Shown here in pieces: positions 1 to 10,677 of a stretch of DNA of 64,000 nucleotides. How positions within the stretch are numbered: the first letter of the stretch is position 1; every line of letters starts with the position of its first letter. The translations under genes and the position numbers were made by a program. The stretch is taken from IMG/VR virus record IMGVR_UViG_3300028864_000016, positions 1 to 64,000 of that record. The stretch is one strand, 5' to 3'. The notes beneath the pieces were generated by a model, which was not told the origin of the DNA, ran no database searches, and saw only the letters and a program-made list of their open reading frames with translations.

Positions 1-15
1 CCATCTTCTAATATA

Positions 16-987
16 TTATTTATCTTTATCGATTCTTGATTTATTAACTAATTTAAATTTTCTTAACCTCATTTTATCAATTTTATTATTCAACTTTTCT
101 ATTTCTAAATCTTTCTTATTACTTTCTTTGTTATATCCATCTTCCAATAATTTTAATTCTCTTCCTAAGACTTCTTTATTCTCTATCTTAATAGATATTA
201 TCTCATTATCTTTCTTTTCTTCTAAGGTCTTAATATCTGCCTTATATTCTTTAATAGATTGATTTTTATTTTCTATTTCAGCTTTATGAAATAGAATTCT
301 TTCAGTATCATTATTAATCTTATCCTGTAATTTTATAATTGTATTCTCTAAATTAATTTTATCTGTAGACAGTCTATTATTATCTTTCTTTACTTGCTCC
401 AATTCTTTTTCTATTACTTGGTACTGTTCTTTATACTCTTTATATTCTGCAAGATTGCTTAACAACATATCATTCTTTTGCTTATATTCTTCAACTATTA
501 ATGTTTTATCTTTCAAATTACTTTCTAATTGCTCCATTTGTTTATCATTTTTTAATCTAATATTAGCTAATTCTAGTTTATTACTATCATTTGTCTTTTG
601 TAACACATTTATTTTAGTGTAAACATCTTGTAATTCTTGTTTTTGTTCTGTAATAATATTATCTTTAATTAACAACATATTTTTATATTTTTCTTTTAGT
701 TCTTGTAATTCTGAATCTTTAGCACCTAGAAAACTATTGCCCTGTTCACATACATTAATAAATATATTATAGATTCTTTGTGTTATCTCTTGTAACTCAT
801 CTGTATTAACTGCAAATATATTATTTTTCTTTACATTTTCTAATTCCATAAGACTTACAACTTTTTTAAAATATTCTTCTTGTGTTAATCCCAAACTATC
901 TAATTGCCTTTTAATATCTGCTTTTGTATCCTCTTTAACCCTATAACTGGTTACTGTACTTTTATTTGGTTCATTTTCATTGCTCAT
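16..987 (-). CDS. Coiled-coil protein with short N-terminal putative DNA-binding region
   Basis: 323 aa ORF, GAGGTG RBS, long E/K/L heptad-rich region. Confidence 0.7.
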   Translation of the reverse strand: MSNENEPNKSTVTSYRVKEDTKADIKRQLDSLGLTQEEYFKKVVSLMELENVKKNNIFAVNTDELQEITQRIYNIFINVCEQGNSFLGAKDSELQELKEKYKNMLLIKDNIITEQKQELQDVYTKINVLQKTNDSNKLELANIRLKNDKQMEQLESNLKDKTLIVEEYKQKNDMLLSNLAEYKEYKEQYQVIEKELEQVKKDNNRLSTDKINLENTIIKLQDKINNDTERILFHKAEIENKNQSIKEYKADIKTLEEKKDNEIISIKIENKEVLGRELKLLEDGYNKESNKKDLEIEKLNNKIDKMRLRKFKLVNKSRIDKDK

Positions 988-1154
988 GGTATCACCTCAT
1001 AAATTAATTTTGTTTACGTTTTTATTTGAGTAAACATGTTGTAATTACTTTATTTAAGTGTATACTTTATCCAGTTTATAGTCAATATAATTTATAACAT
1101 AAAAATAAGACTAGAAATTCTAGTCTTAAAATAACTTCTGTTAACATTTAGATT

Positions 1155-1598
1155 TTAATAGGTTGCATGGTATAAATAAGTATAATTATTATTAACCATA
1201 TTTTCTAATTCCTTATCTAATATTTCTAATAACTTGTTTAATTCTTTTTCACGTGCCTCATATTGGCTTTTCGTATTCATTATATATTCATCATAATAAC
1301 CAAGTTTAATTGTTTTTTGTAATTTTCTTATTGCTAATTTTAAAGAATCTAAGTTAAATAAACTTGCACCTTCTTCACAATAATCATCTCCAGTAGTTTC
1401 TTTTATAGAGTCTATTATAATTTGATTAAATAAATAATCATCAGTGTAAAATAAACATTGCTCAAACTTTTTCCATTTTTCTTTATCATCATTTAACACA
1501 TAGCAATAGTAATGTTCCCTCCAATCTAAATAGTTTTCTCTATCTATTTTTGATACTTTTTCTACTTTATATTTGTTTAAGTCTGCATCTAATCCCAT
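1155..1598 (-). CDS. Hypothetical phage protein
   Basis: 147 aa ORF with AGGAGG RBS. Confidence 0.75.
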   Translation of the reverse strand: MGLDADLNKYKVEKVSKIDRENYLDWREHYYCYVLNDDKEKWKKFEQCLFYTDDYLFNQIIIDSIKETTGDDYCEEGASLFNLDSLKLAIRKLQKTIKLGYYDEYIMNTKSQYEAREKELNKLLEILDKELENMVNNNYTYLYHATY

Positions 1599-1702
1599 TT
1601 TTTATTCCTCCTTAATATTAATTGATAATCATTTTCGTTTTAAAATATAAGTTTTAAGTAAATAAAAAAGAACCCTATTAATTAGAGTTCTTAATCATAT
1701 TT

Positions 1703-2509
1703 TTATAATTTTTCTTCCAACATCTTTTTAACTTTTTCAATATGTTTTTCGTCCATTGGTTTACCAGTTGTATTCAATTTAATGAAATATCTTAATTTTT
1801 GTTCCTCAGTTAAATTTTCTGATTCTCCCCATGATATAGAATGGTTTTCTATATAGTCTTGGTCTCTAGCCGATAAGTCACTAAATTTACATCCTTTATA
1901 TTCAAACCTATCTTCATAATATTCTAATAATGTAGTAAGTCTTTGTTTCCCATCTAGTACTTCATATTTATCTAGTATATAATCAGGTTTAATAAAAGTA
2001 AATTTTCCTATATCCACATTATTAAATATGCTATCTATTAGTGTAACTTTATCTTCTAAATCCCAGACTAAACCTCTTTGATATACTGGCTCTAATTCAA
2101 ATCCAAAATGATATGCATGGTTAAGTAACGAACCAATAGTTCTTTGGCTGTAATTGATTCTAACGTCGTCCTTTTTGGCAAATAATATTTTATTATTATT
2201 GAATTTTCTTATTTCTGTCCACATCCATACACCTTTACAATGTTCAGTAGTTATAGGATTTCCATAATTATTATTTATACTTGTATAGTCTACAACATAA
2301 AATTTTCCATCATCAATAATTTTATCTATTGTTGCATCTTTTAAATTTCCTATATTAACTTTATCACCTATGTTATATCTATAAGTAGGTTCTGGAATAT
2401 ATTCAAAATCTTCTTGTAGTCTTTTTAAATCACGTTCTACTTTCTCTCTTTGTTGTTCTTCAAATGTTAATTCTATCTTTTTAGTTTTCGCTTTAGCCAT
2501 TGTATCCAC
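1703..2509 (-). CDS. DUF262 (ParB/Srx-like, GmrS-type) domain protein with N-terminal extension
   Basis: PVYQRGLVW...LIDSI...VLDGKQRLTT...F.KLN motifs. Confidence 0.85.
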   Translation of the reverse strand: MDTMAKAKTKKIELTFEEQQREKVERDLKRLQEDFEYIPEPTYRYNIGDKVNIGNLKDATIDKIIDDGKFYVVDYTSINNNYGNPITTEHCKGVWMWTEIRKFNNNKILFAKKDDVRINYSQRTIGSLLNHAYHFGFELEPVYQRGLVWDLEDKVTLIDSIFNNVDIGKFTFIKPDYILDKYEVLDGKQRLTTLLEYYEDRFEYKGCKFSDLSARDQDYIENHSISWGESENLTEEQKLRYFIKLNTTGKPMDEKHIEKVKKMLEEKL

Positions 2510-2631
2510 TCCATTCTTATTATTTAATTATACTAAAATTTTATGTATCTGTCATTTCTTTATAGTGTAATATATTATTTTAATTTATTGTTGTAAATAA
2601 TATCCAGTTAAAACAAGGATTTGATTGGAAT

Positions 2632-2994
2632 TTAATTACTCATTAATGCTACATCATTCATAACACGTTTACCAAAATCAGTATTTTCAAACCCAATTTT
2701 TTCAGTTCTTTTCAATTCCTTTTTAATTTTTTCTTTATTTATTCTAAGCATATCTTCAATTCCTGTTTCTTCTTTTAATTCAATCTTATCAATTCCATTA
2801 TACAAATACGCTCCACCTAAACAACTCTTATCTTTTATCATTTCTACATTATTGATTTTTAATTTTCCCATTCCATATTTTAAAAATTGTCTAAACACTA
2901 TTTGTATAGAACTTTTTTCAGATTTACTAAATTTTTTAACTGGTTTACCATTCAACCATGCGTAATAATATATTCTATCCATAACATTTACCAC
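2632..2994 (-). CDS. Hypothetical protein
   Basis: ORF preceded by TTGACA-17-TATACT promoter (3054-3082). Confidence 0.7.
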   Translation of the reverse strand: MVNVMDRIYYYAWLNGKPVKKFSKSEKSSIQIVFRQFLKYGMGKLKINNVEMIKDKSCLGGAYLYNGIDKIELKEETGIEDMLRINKEKIKKELKRTEKIGFENTDFGKRVMNDVALMSN

Positions 2995-3322
2995 CTTTTA
3001 ATTTATTTTAATTTATATTGATTATGTATTTTCTCAACGTTTATCTTAATATTAGTATATCAGTTATATAAGGTACTGTCAACAAATTAATGTAATTGTT
3101 TTTAATAAAATAAGTTTTTTAATTGGATATTATTTATTCTATTTATAGGCTCATAGCTGAATTTTACTTATATAGGTGTAATTGTATTCCTTCATCCCTA
3201 ATAGTGCCTTAGAATCCATTCTGACGTTATAATATTGCAGTAAAATTATTTTTTCTTGTAGTAGTTAAAATAATAATAAAAGGAACTATAAAAAATTTTA
3301 TTTATAGTCCCTAAATCTATAT

Positions 3323-4087
3323 TTAATTAAATGACCAATTAGAAATGAATGTACTAGCTGAACCGAAAACAAGTGGGTTTAAATCCTTATAAGAAGAAAC
3401 CTCAAATTTTTCCGAAACATTAAGCCAAAGGTTTTTAAAATATTTTCTTGATTCTGTTTTATATAATTTACTATGTGCTCCACCTAAAATTGTACTTACT
3501 CTTTCTCTAGCTTGTTTTAATAACTTACTAGCTTGATAACTATTTATAGTTGAAACATCAATAAATGAATCTAATTTATTTTGTGTACTTGTTAATTTTT
3601 CTGTATTGTTAGTTATTTCATTTTTTAATTGTGATACTTCATTTTCTAATTTAACTATTTGACCTTTTAAACCAAAATCCTCAGCAAATTGTTCTTTCTG
3701 TTCATCAGTTTCAAAAAATGCTTTATAAAGAACATCTTTGCACTTTAGCTGATAATTTACTAATCTTTCAACCGCTTCTGGGTTTTCTTCTTTCATAGTT
3801 GGAGTTAGCGAAATCTTGGCAAGCCACAAAGTAACATAATATTCATGAATCGCAAATACATTTTGTTGACCTCCATTTGTAGGGAACGTCATATTTGTCA
3901 TACCCTTTGATAAAACCACGTCATTTTTGATATTTTTTATTTGCCTATCTGCTTGACCTATTGTTAATCCAATATCCGTACAAGCTTTCTTTACTCCTAG
4001 CCACACTTCTCCTTTGTTGTCTTTAATTCCTAAAATTTGTCCGCCTTCAAAGTCAATTAATTTTTGTTGTAATTTTTCTTTTTCCAT
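3323..4087 (-). CDS. Phage antirepressor-type protein (P22 Ant N-terminal-like domain, coiled coil, ORF6C-like C-terminus)
   Basis: VWLGVKKAC..IGL; TNGG.Q; LWLAKI; YQLKCKDVL..AF; C-terminal F.VSSYKDL. Confidence 0.8.
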   Translation of the reverse strand: MEKEKLQQKLIDFEGGQILGIKDNKGEVWLGVKKACTDIGLTIGQADRQIKNIKNDVVLSKGMTNMTFPTNGGQQNVFAIHEYYVTLWLAKISLTPTMKEENPEAVERLVNYQLKCKDVLYKAFFETDEQKEQFAEDFGLKGQIVKLENEVSQLKNEITNNTEKLTSTQNKLDSFIDVSTINSYQASKLLKQARERVSTILGGAHSKLYKTESRKYFKNLWLNVSEKFEVSSYKDLNPLVFGSASTFISNWSFN

Positions 4088-4175
4088 TTTATCATTCTCC
4101 CTTTATGTATTAATTTGTTAGCATATAATATGCTTGTATATAAGTACCATTCATAGATACTCATACGCCTACATA

Positions 4176-4421
4176 TTATATTTGCTCTTTAGTTGCTTTG
4201 TATACTGTTTCGTCAGGCTCGAATAATGTTAATCCTGCATTTAAAATACTTATAGCATTTACGTTGTTTGTTTTATAAAAATCTAAATCTTGTTGCAATA
4301 TCTTCATATATAATGTGCCACCACTATAGAAACACTCTTTATCCTCTATTGTATCGAAACGAACTTTTAAACCTATCTTTTCATATTTAATTATTGTTTT
4401 TACTACTTTCATTTTATACAC
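4176..4421 (-). CDS. Hypothetical protein
   Basis: 81 aa ORF in early array. Confidence 0.55.
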   Translation of the reverse strand: MYKMKVVKTIIKYEKIGLKVRFDTIEDKECFYSGGTLYMKILQQDLDFYKTNNVNAISILNAGLTLFEPDETVYKATKEQI

Positions 4422-4427
4422 CTCTTT

Positions 4428-4580
4428 CTATTTGACCATAAATCTATTATTAATATAATTTTGTTTGTTTTCACCAGGTAAAGCAGTAATTCCATTATTC
4501 ATATGTTTAATTAATTTTTCTTTTTGTTCTTCTGTGATTTCTATCCAACCTCTAAATAAAGATTTATACATTATTTTCAT
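4428..4580 (-). CDS. Small hypothetical protein (50 aa, not in ORF track)
   Basis: MKIMYKSLFRGWIEIT..., AAGGGG RBS. Confidence 0.6.
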   Translation of the reverse strand: MKIMYKSLFRGWIEITEEQKEKLIKHMNNGITALPGENKQNYINNRFMVK

Positions 4581-4593
4581 AATTATTCCCCTT

Positions 4594-4752
4594 TTATTTA
4601 TTTTCTTCTAGTAATTTCAACACTTCTTCTAATCCTTCACCCTTACCTACATAAAACCCTTCATCATAACCACTTGAAGAAGTTTTAATATGTTTATTTA
4701 CTTCTTCAAGCATTTCTTGAATTTCATTTATTAACTTATCAATTTTTTTCAT
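4594..4752 (-). CDS. Small hypothetical protein (52 aa, not in ORF track)
   Basis: MKKIDKLINEIQE...GYDEGFYVGKGEG, GAGGTG RBS in end of upstream gene. Confidence 0.6.
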   Translation of the reverse strand: MKKIDKLINEIQEMLEEVNKHIKTSSSGYDEGFYVGKGEGLEEVLKLLEENK

Positions 4753-4753
4753 A

Positions 4754-4939
4754 TTAATTCACCTCAGTTATTTTTCTATTATACATATCAACTAATTCTG
4801 GTTTTAAAAATCCCTTACAAGCTCCAATTCCATTTAATGCTCTTTTAACCCATTCTTTCTCAGTTATTTTATGTGGTGTTTTTAATTCATCTAATCTATA
4901 AATTTCTATTGCTAATTCTTTTCTTGTCATCTTAATCAA
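4754..4939 (-). CDS. Hypothetical protein
   Basis: 61 aa ORF with AAGGAG RBS. Confidence 0.65.
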   Translation of the reverse strand: MIKMTRKELAIEIYRLDELKTPHKITEKEWVKRALNGIGACKGFLKPELVDMYNRKITEVN

Positions 4940-5213
4940 TCTCCTTCATTCTTTTAATTTGTTTCAATCTTGTTTATTATGTATTTTACTTTAAAAGTTC
5001 CTCAAGCATTGCACTAGATTTAGTTTTCTGTCTTTACTTGATTGCTTAGAATTGTTTGTTCCTTGTCTATGTATTAAGTATATAATAAATTAATAGAAAC
5101 ATCAAGAAAATTCATTCGACAAAATTCTATTAAAACTGAGTTTTTATCAAGAGTTGATAATTATTTTCAATTACTAAGCTGATAAACAAAAAAGAGCTGA
5201 ATCTCTTCAACTC

Positions 5214-5522
5214 TTACATTTTATAAGGTAGCAAACCAATTAACTCATTTTTGTTTATTTCTATTTTAACATTGGTTGTAACTGGTTTCCATTCATTATT
5301 AATTTTTTGCTTCATATCTTCTGTTTGTCCAATCTCAATAATTCCATTTGCAAGATTCTTAATATATATCTTTTGGAATTTATTTTGTTCGATTATTGTG
5401 TCCTTTGAACTATTTAATAATGATCTTAAATCTTTTCTATCCATTAAGATTCCTTCTTCATCATTTAACCATATTCCTACCATGTCATTACTTCTAGTAT
5501 ATTCAATTTCAATATTATTCAT
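5214..5522 (-). CDS. Hypothetical protein
   Basis: AGGAG RBS, own promoter TTGACA-17-TATACT (5573-5601), downstream terminator. Confidence 0.75.
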   Translation of the reverse strand: MNNIEIEYTRSNDMVGIWLNDEEGILMDRKDLRSLLNSSKDTIIEQNKFQKIYIKNLANGIIEIGQTEDMKQKINNEWKPVTTNVKIEINKNELIGLLPYKM

Positions 5523-5705
5523 TTAAAATCACTCCTAAATATTATTTTTAATTTGTTTAACTTCTTGATACTAGTATATCAAATGTACACTTCATTGTCA
5601 ATGAATTAATAGAAGAAAGTTTAAATAAAAGTTGACTTTTAATTGGTTTTCATTCTCATTCAGTTATGGTCAAAAAGAAAAGGAACTATTAATATTAGTT
5701 CCTTA

Positions 5706-6113
5706 CTACCTAGTTATTTTTCTTCTTTCTTTTATATCTTTACTATTTGAATTGCAATAATGAAAATGATTTAGCCAATATAATAAATCACATATTACTT
5801 TATCTTTAATATTTATATTATTATAAAATTCATATTCTTCAAGTGCTAGTTGTATGTATTCAGCTAAGTCTTTGTAATTAATATTTTTATCTATTTCTTT
5901 TTTAATTATTCCTTCTTCTAAATCTTCATATATTGCTAACTTATCTATTAATCTTTGAAAATACTCTCCATCTGGACAATTAACTTTTAAATAGGCTTTT
6001 CCATTTAATATATTTGTTAATCTCTTTATTTTTATTGTATTAATAGAGTTGTTTTGTACTTTCTTTATATCTTTAGTTATTGAATCAGTAATATCACTAA
6101 TATCTAAATCCAT
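5706..6113 (-). CDS. Hypothetical protein
   Basis: AGGAGG RBS, terminator at 5672-5704. Confidence 0.7.
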   Translation of the reverse strand: MDLDISDITDSITKDIKKVQNNSINTIKIKRLTNILNGKAYLKVNCPDGEYFQRLIDKLAIYEDLEEGIIKKEIDKNINYKDLAEYIQLALEEYEFYNNINIKDKVICDLLYWLNHFHYCNSNSKDIKERRKITR

Positions 6114-6267
6114 CTGAATAACCTCCTTTAAGCTCGTAATTTGTAGCTTCTAAATATCCATCTATGAATTGTATACAAGTATTACATGGTTTTTGATTAC
6201 CATTTTGCTCACAGTATTTGCAATCTTCGCACAAATTCTCTGATATACTAAAACCTCCTTTTTTAAT

Positions 6268-6471
6268 TTAATACATATTTATGTCTTTAATGTCACAAAA
6301 ATTTAACCATGTTCCATCGTATCCAACATCAATTAATATCCAGTCATCTTTAATAAAATCAATAGATACTTGTTCAAAATTTTTACCACTCAACATTTCA
6401 ATATTAACTATATTTTTCACTTCAAAATATTTATTTTTAACTCTTAGCACTTCAACTTTTTCTACTATCAT
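6268..6471 (-). CDS. Hypothetical protein
   Basis: AGGAGG RBS. Confidence 0.6.
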   Translation of the reverse strand: MIVEKVEVLRVKNKYFEVKNIVNIEMLSGKNFEQVSIDFIKDDWILIDVGYDGTWLNFCDIKDINMY

Positions 6472-6726
6472 TCTATTTTTCCCTCCTTTCTAATAGTTTT
6501 AATCTTTTATTAATTAAATTCAGCTCATCAGTAAAATATTTAATTTGTCCTATATTCTTTAATTCTAATATCTATAGATTCATCGTATCCCACATCTTTT
6601 CCTCTAACACTTACTTGTTTAGATGTAATATTATTTCTTTTTAATTCTGCTCTTATACTTTATGCCTTTTCTTTTAAAGTTAATCTTTCCATGTTAAAGT
6701 ACCACCTTTTGAATTATATTTTATTT

Positions 6727-7065
6727 TTATTCCTCCATTAAATCTTTCATATTTTTATTTTTCAAAAATTCATCATTTTTAATTACATTTCCCCAATATA
6801 AATTCTCTCCACAGTTTGGACAATAATTACTTTTATACACTATTCTATTGCATTTACAACTTTTACATTCAAACCAATGAATGTATTCATCATCACTGAA
6901 ATAATATTTAATATTTACTTCAGTTTCGAACTTAATAGGTTTACATTCTATATATTCACTACACAATTTTGCATCTTTACAATTATGACAATTAAATCCT
7001 CGCCCTCTGCAATGTAGTCCTGTATCTTTTAAATCTTTATTCATATTTAAATTCCTCACTTTCAT
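6727..7065 (-). CDS. Cys-rich zinc-ribbon protein
   Basis: CHNC, CKSC, YCPNCG motifs. Confidence 0.7.
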   Translation of the reverse strand: MKVRNLNMNKDLKDTGLHCRGRGFNCHNCKDAKLCSEYIECKPIKFETEVNIKYYFSDDEYIHWFECKSCKCNRIVYKSNYCPNCGENLYWGNVIKNDEFLKNKNMKDLMEE

Positions 7066-7130
7066 TTATTATCATTTATTTTATTTTCAGATATTCATAA
7101 GCCTACATGTAATTTTAAGTTATATTTTGT

Positions 7131-7430
7131 CTATATTAGCTTTTGTCTTTTCATAAAATTTTTCACTTCTGAAACGTCCCAAATTTCTTTTTCCCATTCT
7201 CCAATATTTTTACTTAATGAAGCTTCTACATAATCAAACTCAACTGTAACTCCTTCTTTAATTAATTTATCAAGATATGAACCCTGTCTATATAATTCCA
7301 TTTGATACATGTTATTTTGACTATCTATGATAAATGTACCTACTTTATTTTTTCTAAAACATAGTTTTAAACCTTTTGTTTCTAACTCTGATATTATATT
7401 GTTAAAATTTACTGTAATATTTTTTTTCAT
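7131..7430 (-). CDS. Hypothetical protein
   Basis: AGGAG RBS with leader hairpin at 7448-7473. Confidence 0.75.
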   Translation of the reverse strand: MKKNITVNFNNIISELETKGLKLCFRKNKVGTFIIDSQNNMYQMELYRQGSYLDKLIKEGVTVEFDYVEASLSKNIGEWEKEIWDVSEVKNFMKRQKLI

Positions 7431-7592
7431 TGTAAAAACTCCTTTTCACCTTAACCGCCTTTCGGTCGGTGGTTTTTATATTCTGTTAATTTGTTTATGT
7501 ATTTCTTAATATTATAATATCATACCTATATATCAATTGCAAGAATTATTTTAATAAATTAATATAATAAAACATTACTTAAAATTCTTATT

Positions 7593-7862
7593 TTATTTAC
7601 TCTTATGTTTGTTATGTCTTTTTGATTGCTTTGACCAATGTGGTTTGCTATAATCATGGATTCCACATTCTTTACATTCATCCCATAATAATATTGTGCC
7701 GTCTTCCATCCAATCACCAATATTTAAATACTTACAATATCCAGATAACTGTTTATGTTTTGTTTTATTAAAACTTAACCATTTACAGGTTTTAATATTT
7801 TTATTTTCATAACAATAACAAGTATCTTTAGGTATCCATTTTTTCATTGCTCTTTTTTTCAT
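7593..7862 (-). CDS. Small Cys-rich protein
   Basis: CYCY, CKWL, YCKY, CKECG. Confidence 0.7.
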   Translation of the reverse strand: MKKRAMKKWIPKDTCYCYENKNIKTCKWLSFNKTKHKQLSGYCKYLNIGDWMEDGTILLWDECKECGIHDYSKPHWSKQSKRHNKHKSK

Positions 7863-8129
7863 AATTGATACTCCTTTAAGTATAATTTAATTTCATTATT
7901 TAATATATCAGTAGTCTTTATAATTCTAATGTCTGTATTAAACCTATCTAAAGTGATCCACTGGTCAAATATACAGTACTGATTATCTTTAACAAATATA
8001 TTTGCGACTTTTCTTATATCATTGTAATAATTTATATTATTATTTCTAAAAACTTATTCCTAAACCTTGCTTAATCTTATTTCTTCTCTACGTTCTTTGA
8101 GTAGATGTTTAAAATCACCATTTCAATCA

Positions 8130-8474
8130 CTTTTAATGAGTTTGATTCATCAACATAAATATTTTCATAGAAATCAACCTCAGCTTTTAAATTATCTTGT
8201 AAAGGTACTATAAATCTAAATTTACTTATTAAACTATTAGGTTGTCTATTTTTATATAAATCTTCATATGTATCTTTTGATATTTCAACTTCATACTCTT
8301 CTCTAATCTTATCACCTTTACTTTAACAGTTAAATAATATTGCCAACTATTAATTTCTCATATTCTTACTTCTGGTGTGTAAGATAAATAACTTTGTTTT
8401 ATTAATTTACTTGGATACAATATCCACATGTTTTCAACGTTTCCATTGAATAAAAACTTTCTTTCTATTTCCAT
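8130..8474 (-). pseudogene. Frameshifted CYTH-domain (triphosphate tunnel metalloenzyme) gene remnant
   Basis: Fragments MEIEKK, YLSYTPEVRI, YYLTVK, KGDKIREEYEVEIS, SKFRFIVPL, AEVDFYE lie in shifting frames with stops; left end approximate. Confidence 0.7.
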
Positions 8475-8608
8475 ATTATATACTCTCCCTTATTTTTATT
8501 TAAATAATCCATTTTTAATTTTGTTTTTTATATTACAAAACATCTCCTTATATTATTTATTTTATTTACAAAGGGTATACTACTATTAAATAATATACCC
8601 TTATATTT

Positions 8609-9076
8609 CTACCTGTTTGCAAATTCTGCTGGAATTAATGCTTTAAAATTAATGTATGTTCCAAAAAATACATGCATAGCACTTTTAATTTCTGATAAAC
8701 TTGGTTTTGATATATTATAAATATTTTCAATTGTATCAGCATCTGAATTATTTACATCTTCAAGAGTGTTAAAACCAGCTCTTTTTAATGTATTAAATGT
8801 TCTTTGGCTAATATATCCATCACTTAATAAATATTCCACGTTGTGAACATCTGACAATGTATATAATTTTGTTGATTTTCTAAAAGTCTTAGCAACTCCA
8901 CCGTTTTCTTTCCAGTGGCTTTTAAAACTTGAGAAATCACTTGCTAAGCGTACTGTTATAGATTTTTCAGTTTCTTTTTCAATTTTTATAACTTCAAATA
9001 AAAATCCATCTGTTTCTGGAATTTCCATTCCTACCTTTAATTCACTTGCATTTATTGTTATTATCATTATAATCAT
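8609..9076 (-). CDS. Protein with C-terminal RNA polymerase alpha-CTD-like domain
   Basis: ISQRTFNTLKRAGFNTLEDV...IYNISKPSLSEIK resembles RpoA CTD LSVR.YNCLKRAGINT...NLG.KSLEE. Confidence 0.8.
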   Translation of the reverse strand: MIIMIITINASELKVGMEIPETDGFLFEVIKIEKETEKSITVRLASDFSSFKSHWKENGGVAKTFRKSTKLYTLSDVHNVEYLLSDGYISQRTFNTLKRAGFNTLEDVNNSDADTIENIYNISKPSLSEIKSAMHVFFGTYINFKALIPAEFANR

Positions 9077-9142
9077 TCTCCTTTTTCTGCTTTAACTCCG
9101 TGTAGGTGAGTAGCTATTACTTATTAATTTATTTATATATTA

Positions 9143-9436
9143 TTAATTTAATATTGTTGCTTTTCTAGCTACAAACCACATAGGCTCTATTCTGTCCATT
9201 ATCAAAGTTTCATCTAATGTCATTTGATAACGAGGATTGTTTTTATTGTATCTATCTAATGACTGTTTTCTTTCTTCTATTGTTTCTAAATCTATAACTT
9301 TTAATGTATATTGTGGTGTATCACATGCCTCTGAATATGGTTCAATTCCAATTACTTCATATGTAGTATTTCCCATTTTGCATTGAGTTCCTATTTTTAC
9401 AGTTTTAATTACATTTTCAATTTTCATATCAATCAA
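9143..9436 (-). CDS. Hypothetical protein
   Basis: ORF with RBS and own promoter. Confidence 0.7.
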   Translation of the reverse strand: MIDMKIENVIKTVKIGTQCKMGNTTYEVIGIEPYSEACDTPQYTLKVIDLETIEERKQSLDRYNKNNPRYQMTLDETLIMDRIEPMWFVARKATILN

Positions 9437-9628
9437 TCTCCTTTTATAGTCATTTAAGACTTTTTTATATTTATTAATTTATTTCCTTGAGATAATAATA
9501 CTACGTTTTGATATGTTTGTCTATAGTTTTTAAACAAATTAATAAAATTATTTTTATATAAAACTTATGTTTTATCACTTCTTTAAATTGTGCCAAAATT
9601 TATAATCTATTTAATTTTCTCCTTATCA

Positions 9629-9814
9629 TTACCCATATATTTCATCAACTCCATAAAAGTCAAATTCTATTTCTGATAATTTGCCATCATATTTATCATA
9701 TTGTTTTGTATTTTCTAATATCTTCTTGACTTCCTCTAAAGATTCTGCTCTAATTAATAATATTTTTATGTCCCAAACTTCAAAACCAGTCTCTATATAC
9801 TTAAATAATTTCAT
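9629..9814 (-). CDS. Hypothetical protein
   Basis: 61 aa ORF in array orientation. Confidence 0.55.
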   Translation of the reverse strand: MKLFKYIETGFEVWDIKILLIRAESLEEVKKILENTKQYDKYDGKLSEIEFDFYGVDEIYG

Positions 9815-9893
9815 AAAAAATTCACTTCCTTTACCTTTTTATCTCATTTATGAGCTTATTGTAATCTATAATTTATTTAAAATTATATGTTGT

Positions 9894-10097
9894 TTAATAA
9901 TGTCCAAATTCTTGTTCTGTATCATACTCAAACCAATCATTAAAATTTTGTTCTTCTTTTGGAACTCTTTCTATTAATGGTATGGCATGGTTTTTGTTAT
10001 ACTTTATTTTGGGATTCCCTTTTCTATATATGCTACCACTTACATGACAACATATCACTACATCTTTAAATTTCATAATTTTAATTCCCTCTTTCAT
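9894..10097 (-). CDS. Hypothetical protein
   Basis: ORF; true start probably the internal Met (MKFKD). Confidence 0.6.
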   Translation of the reverse strand: MKEGIKIMKFKDVVICCHVSGSIYRKGNPKIKYNKNHAIPLIERVPKEEQNFNDWFEYDTEQEFGHY

Positions 10098-10218
10098 TTA
10101 TTAATTTGTTTTACTTATTAATATAATTATATCAAATACGCTGAGAACTACAATGGTTTTTAAATAAATTAACAGAAAAACAATTCAACATATACTACTG
10201 AAATAATCATTTTATATA

Positions 10219-10515
10219 TTAAATTGCTAAAAGAGTACTTATGATTTCATCAATAACTGAGATAGGTGTTTTATTTTCCTTGTTTCCTGTATTGCCAATA
10301 TTAATATATTCATCTTCATCAATAAATACATTATAAATATAAACTTCTTCTCCATTGTCATCATCTTCATAACTTACGCCAATACTAATATCACTATTAT
10401 CTATATTTTCTATTGTATTAGTTTGAAAAATGCCCTCATTCTTTATTAATTCATTAAAAAATATTTCTTTATTAATAAATTCTAAAATCTCAGATGAATT
10501 TTTTGTAAATTTCAT
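10219..10515 (-). CDS. Acidic hypothetical protein
   Basis: GGGAG RBS, leader hairpin 10535-10563, own promoter. Confidence 0.75.
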   Translation of the reverse strand: MKFTKNSSEILEFINKEIFFNELIKNEGIFQTNTIENIDNSDISIGVSYEDDDNGEEVYIYNVFIDEDEYINIGNTGNKENKTPISVIDEIISTLLAI

Positions 10516-10677
10516 AATATCTACTCCCTTATGTACCTTAACTCCCTTATAAAGGTGAGTGGCTAATGTTTTAATTTGTTTCTATAATTACATTATACTC
10601 TCATTCTATGGTAAGTCAAGTATTATTTTAATAAATTAATATAATTATTTTCGATTAAAATACTAACTTTATAGTAA

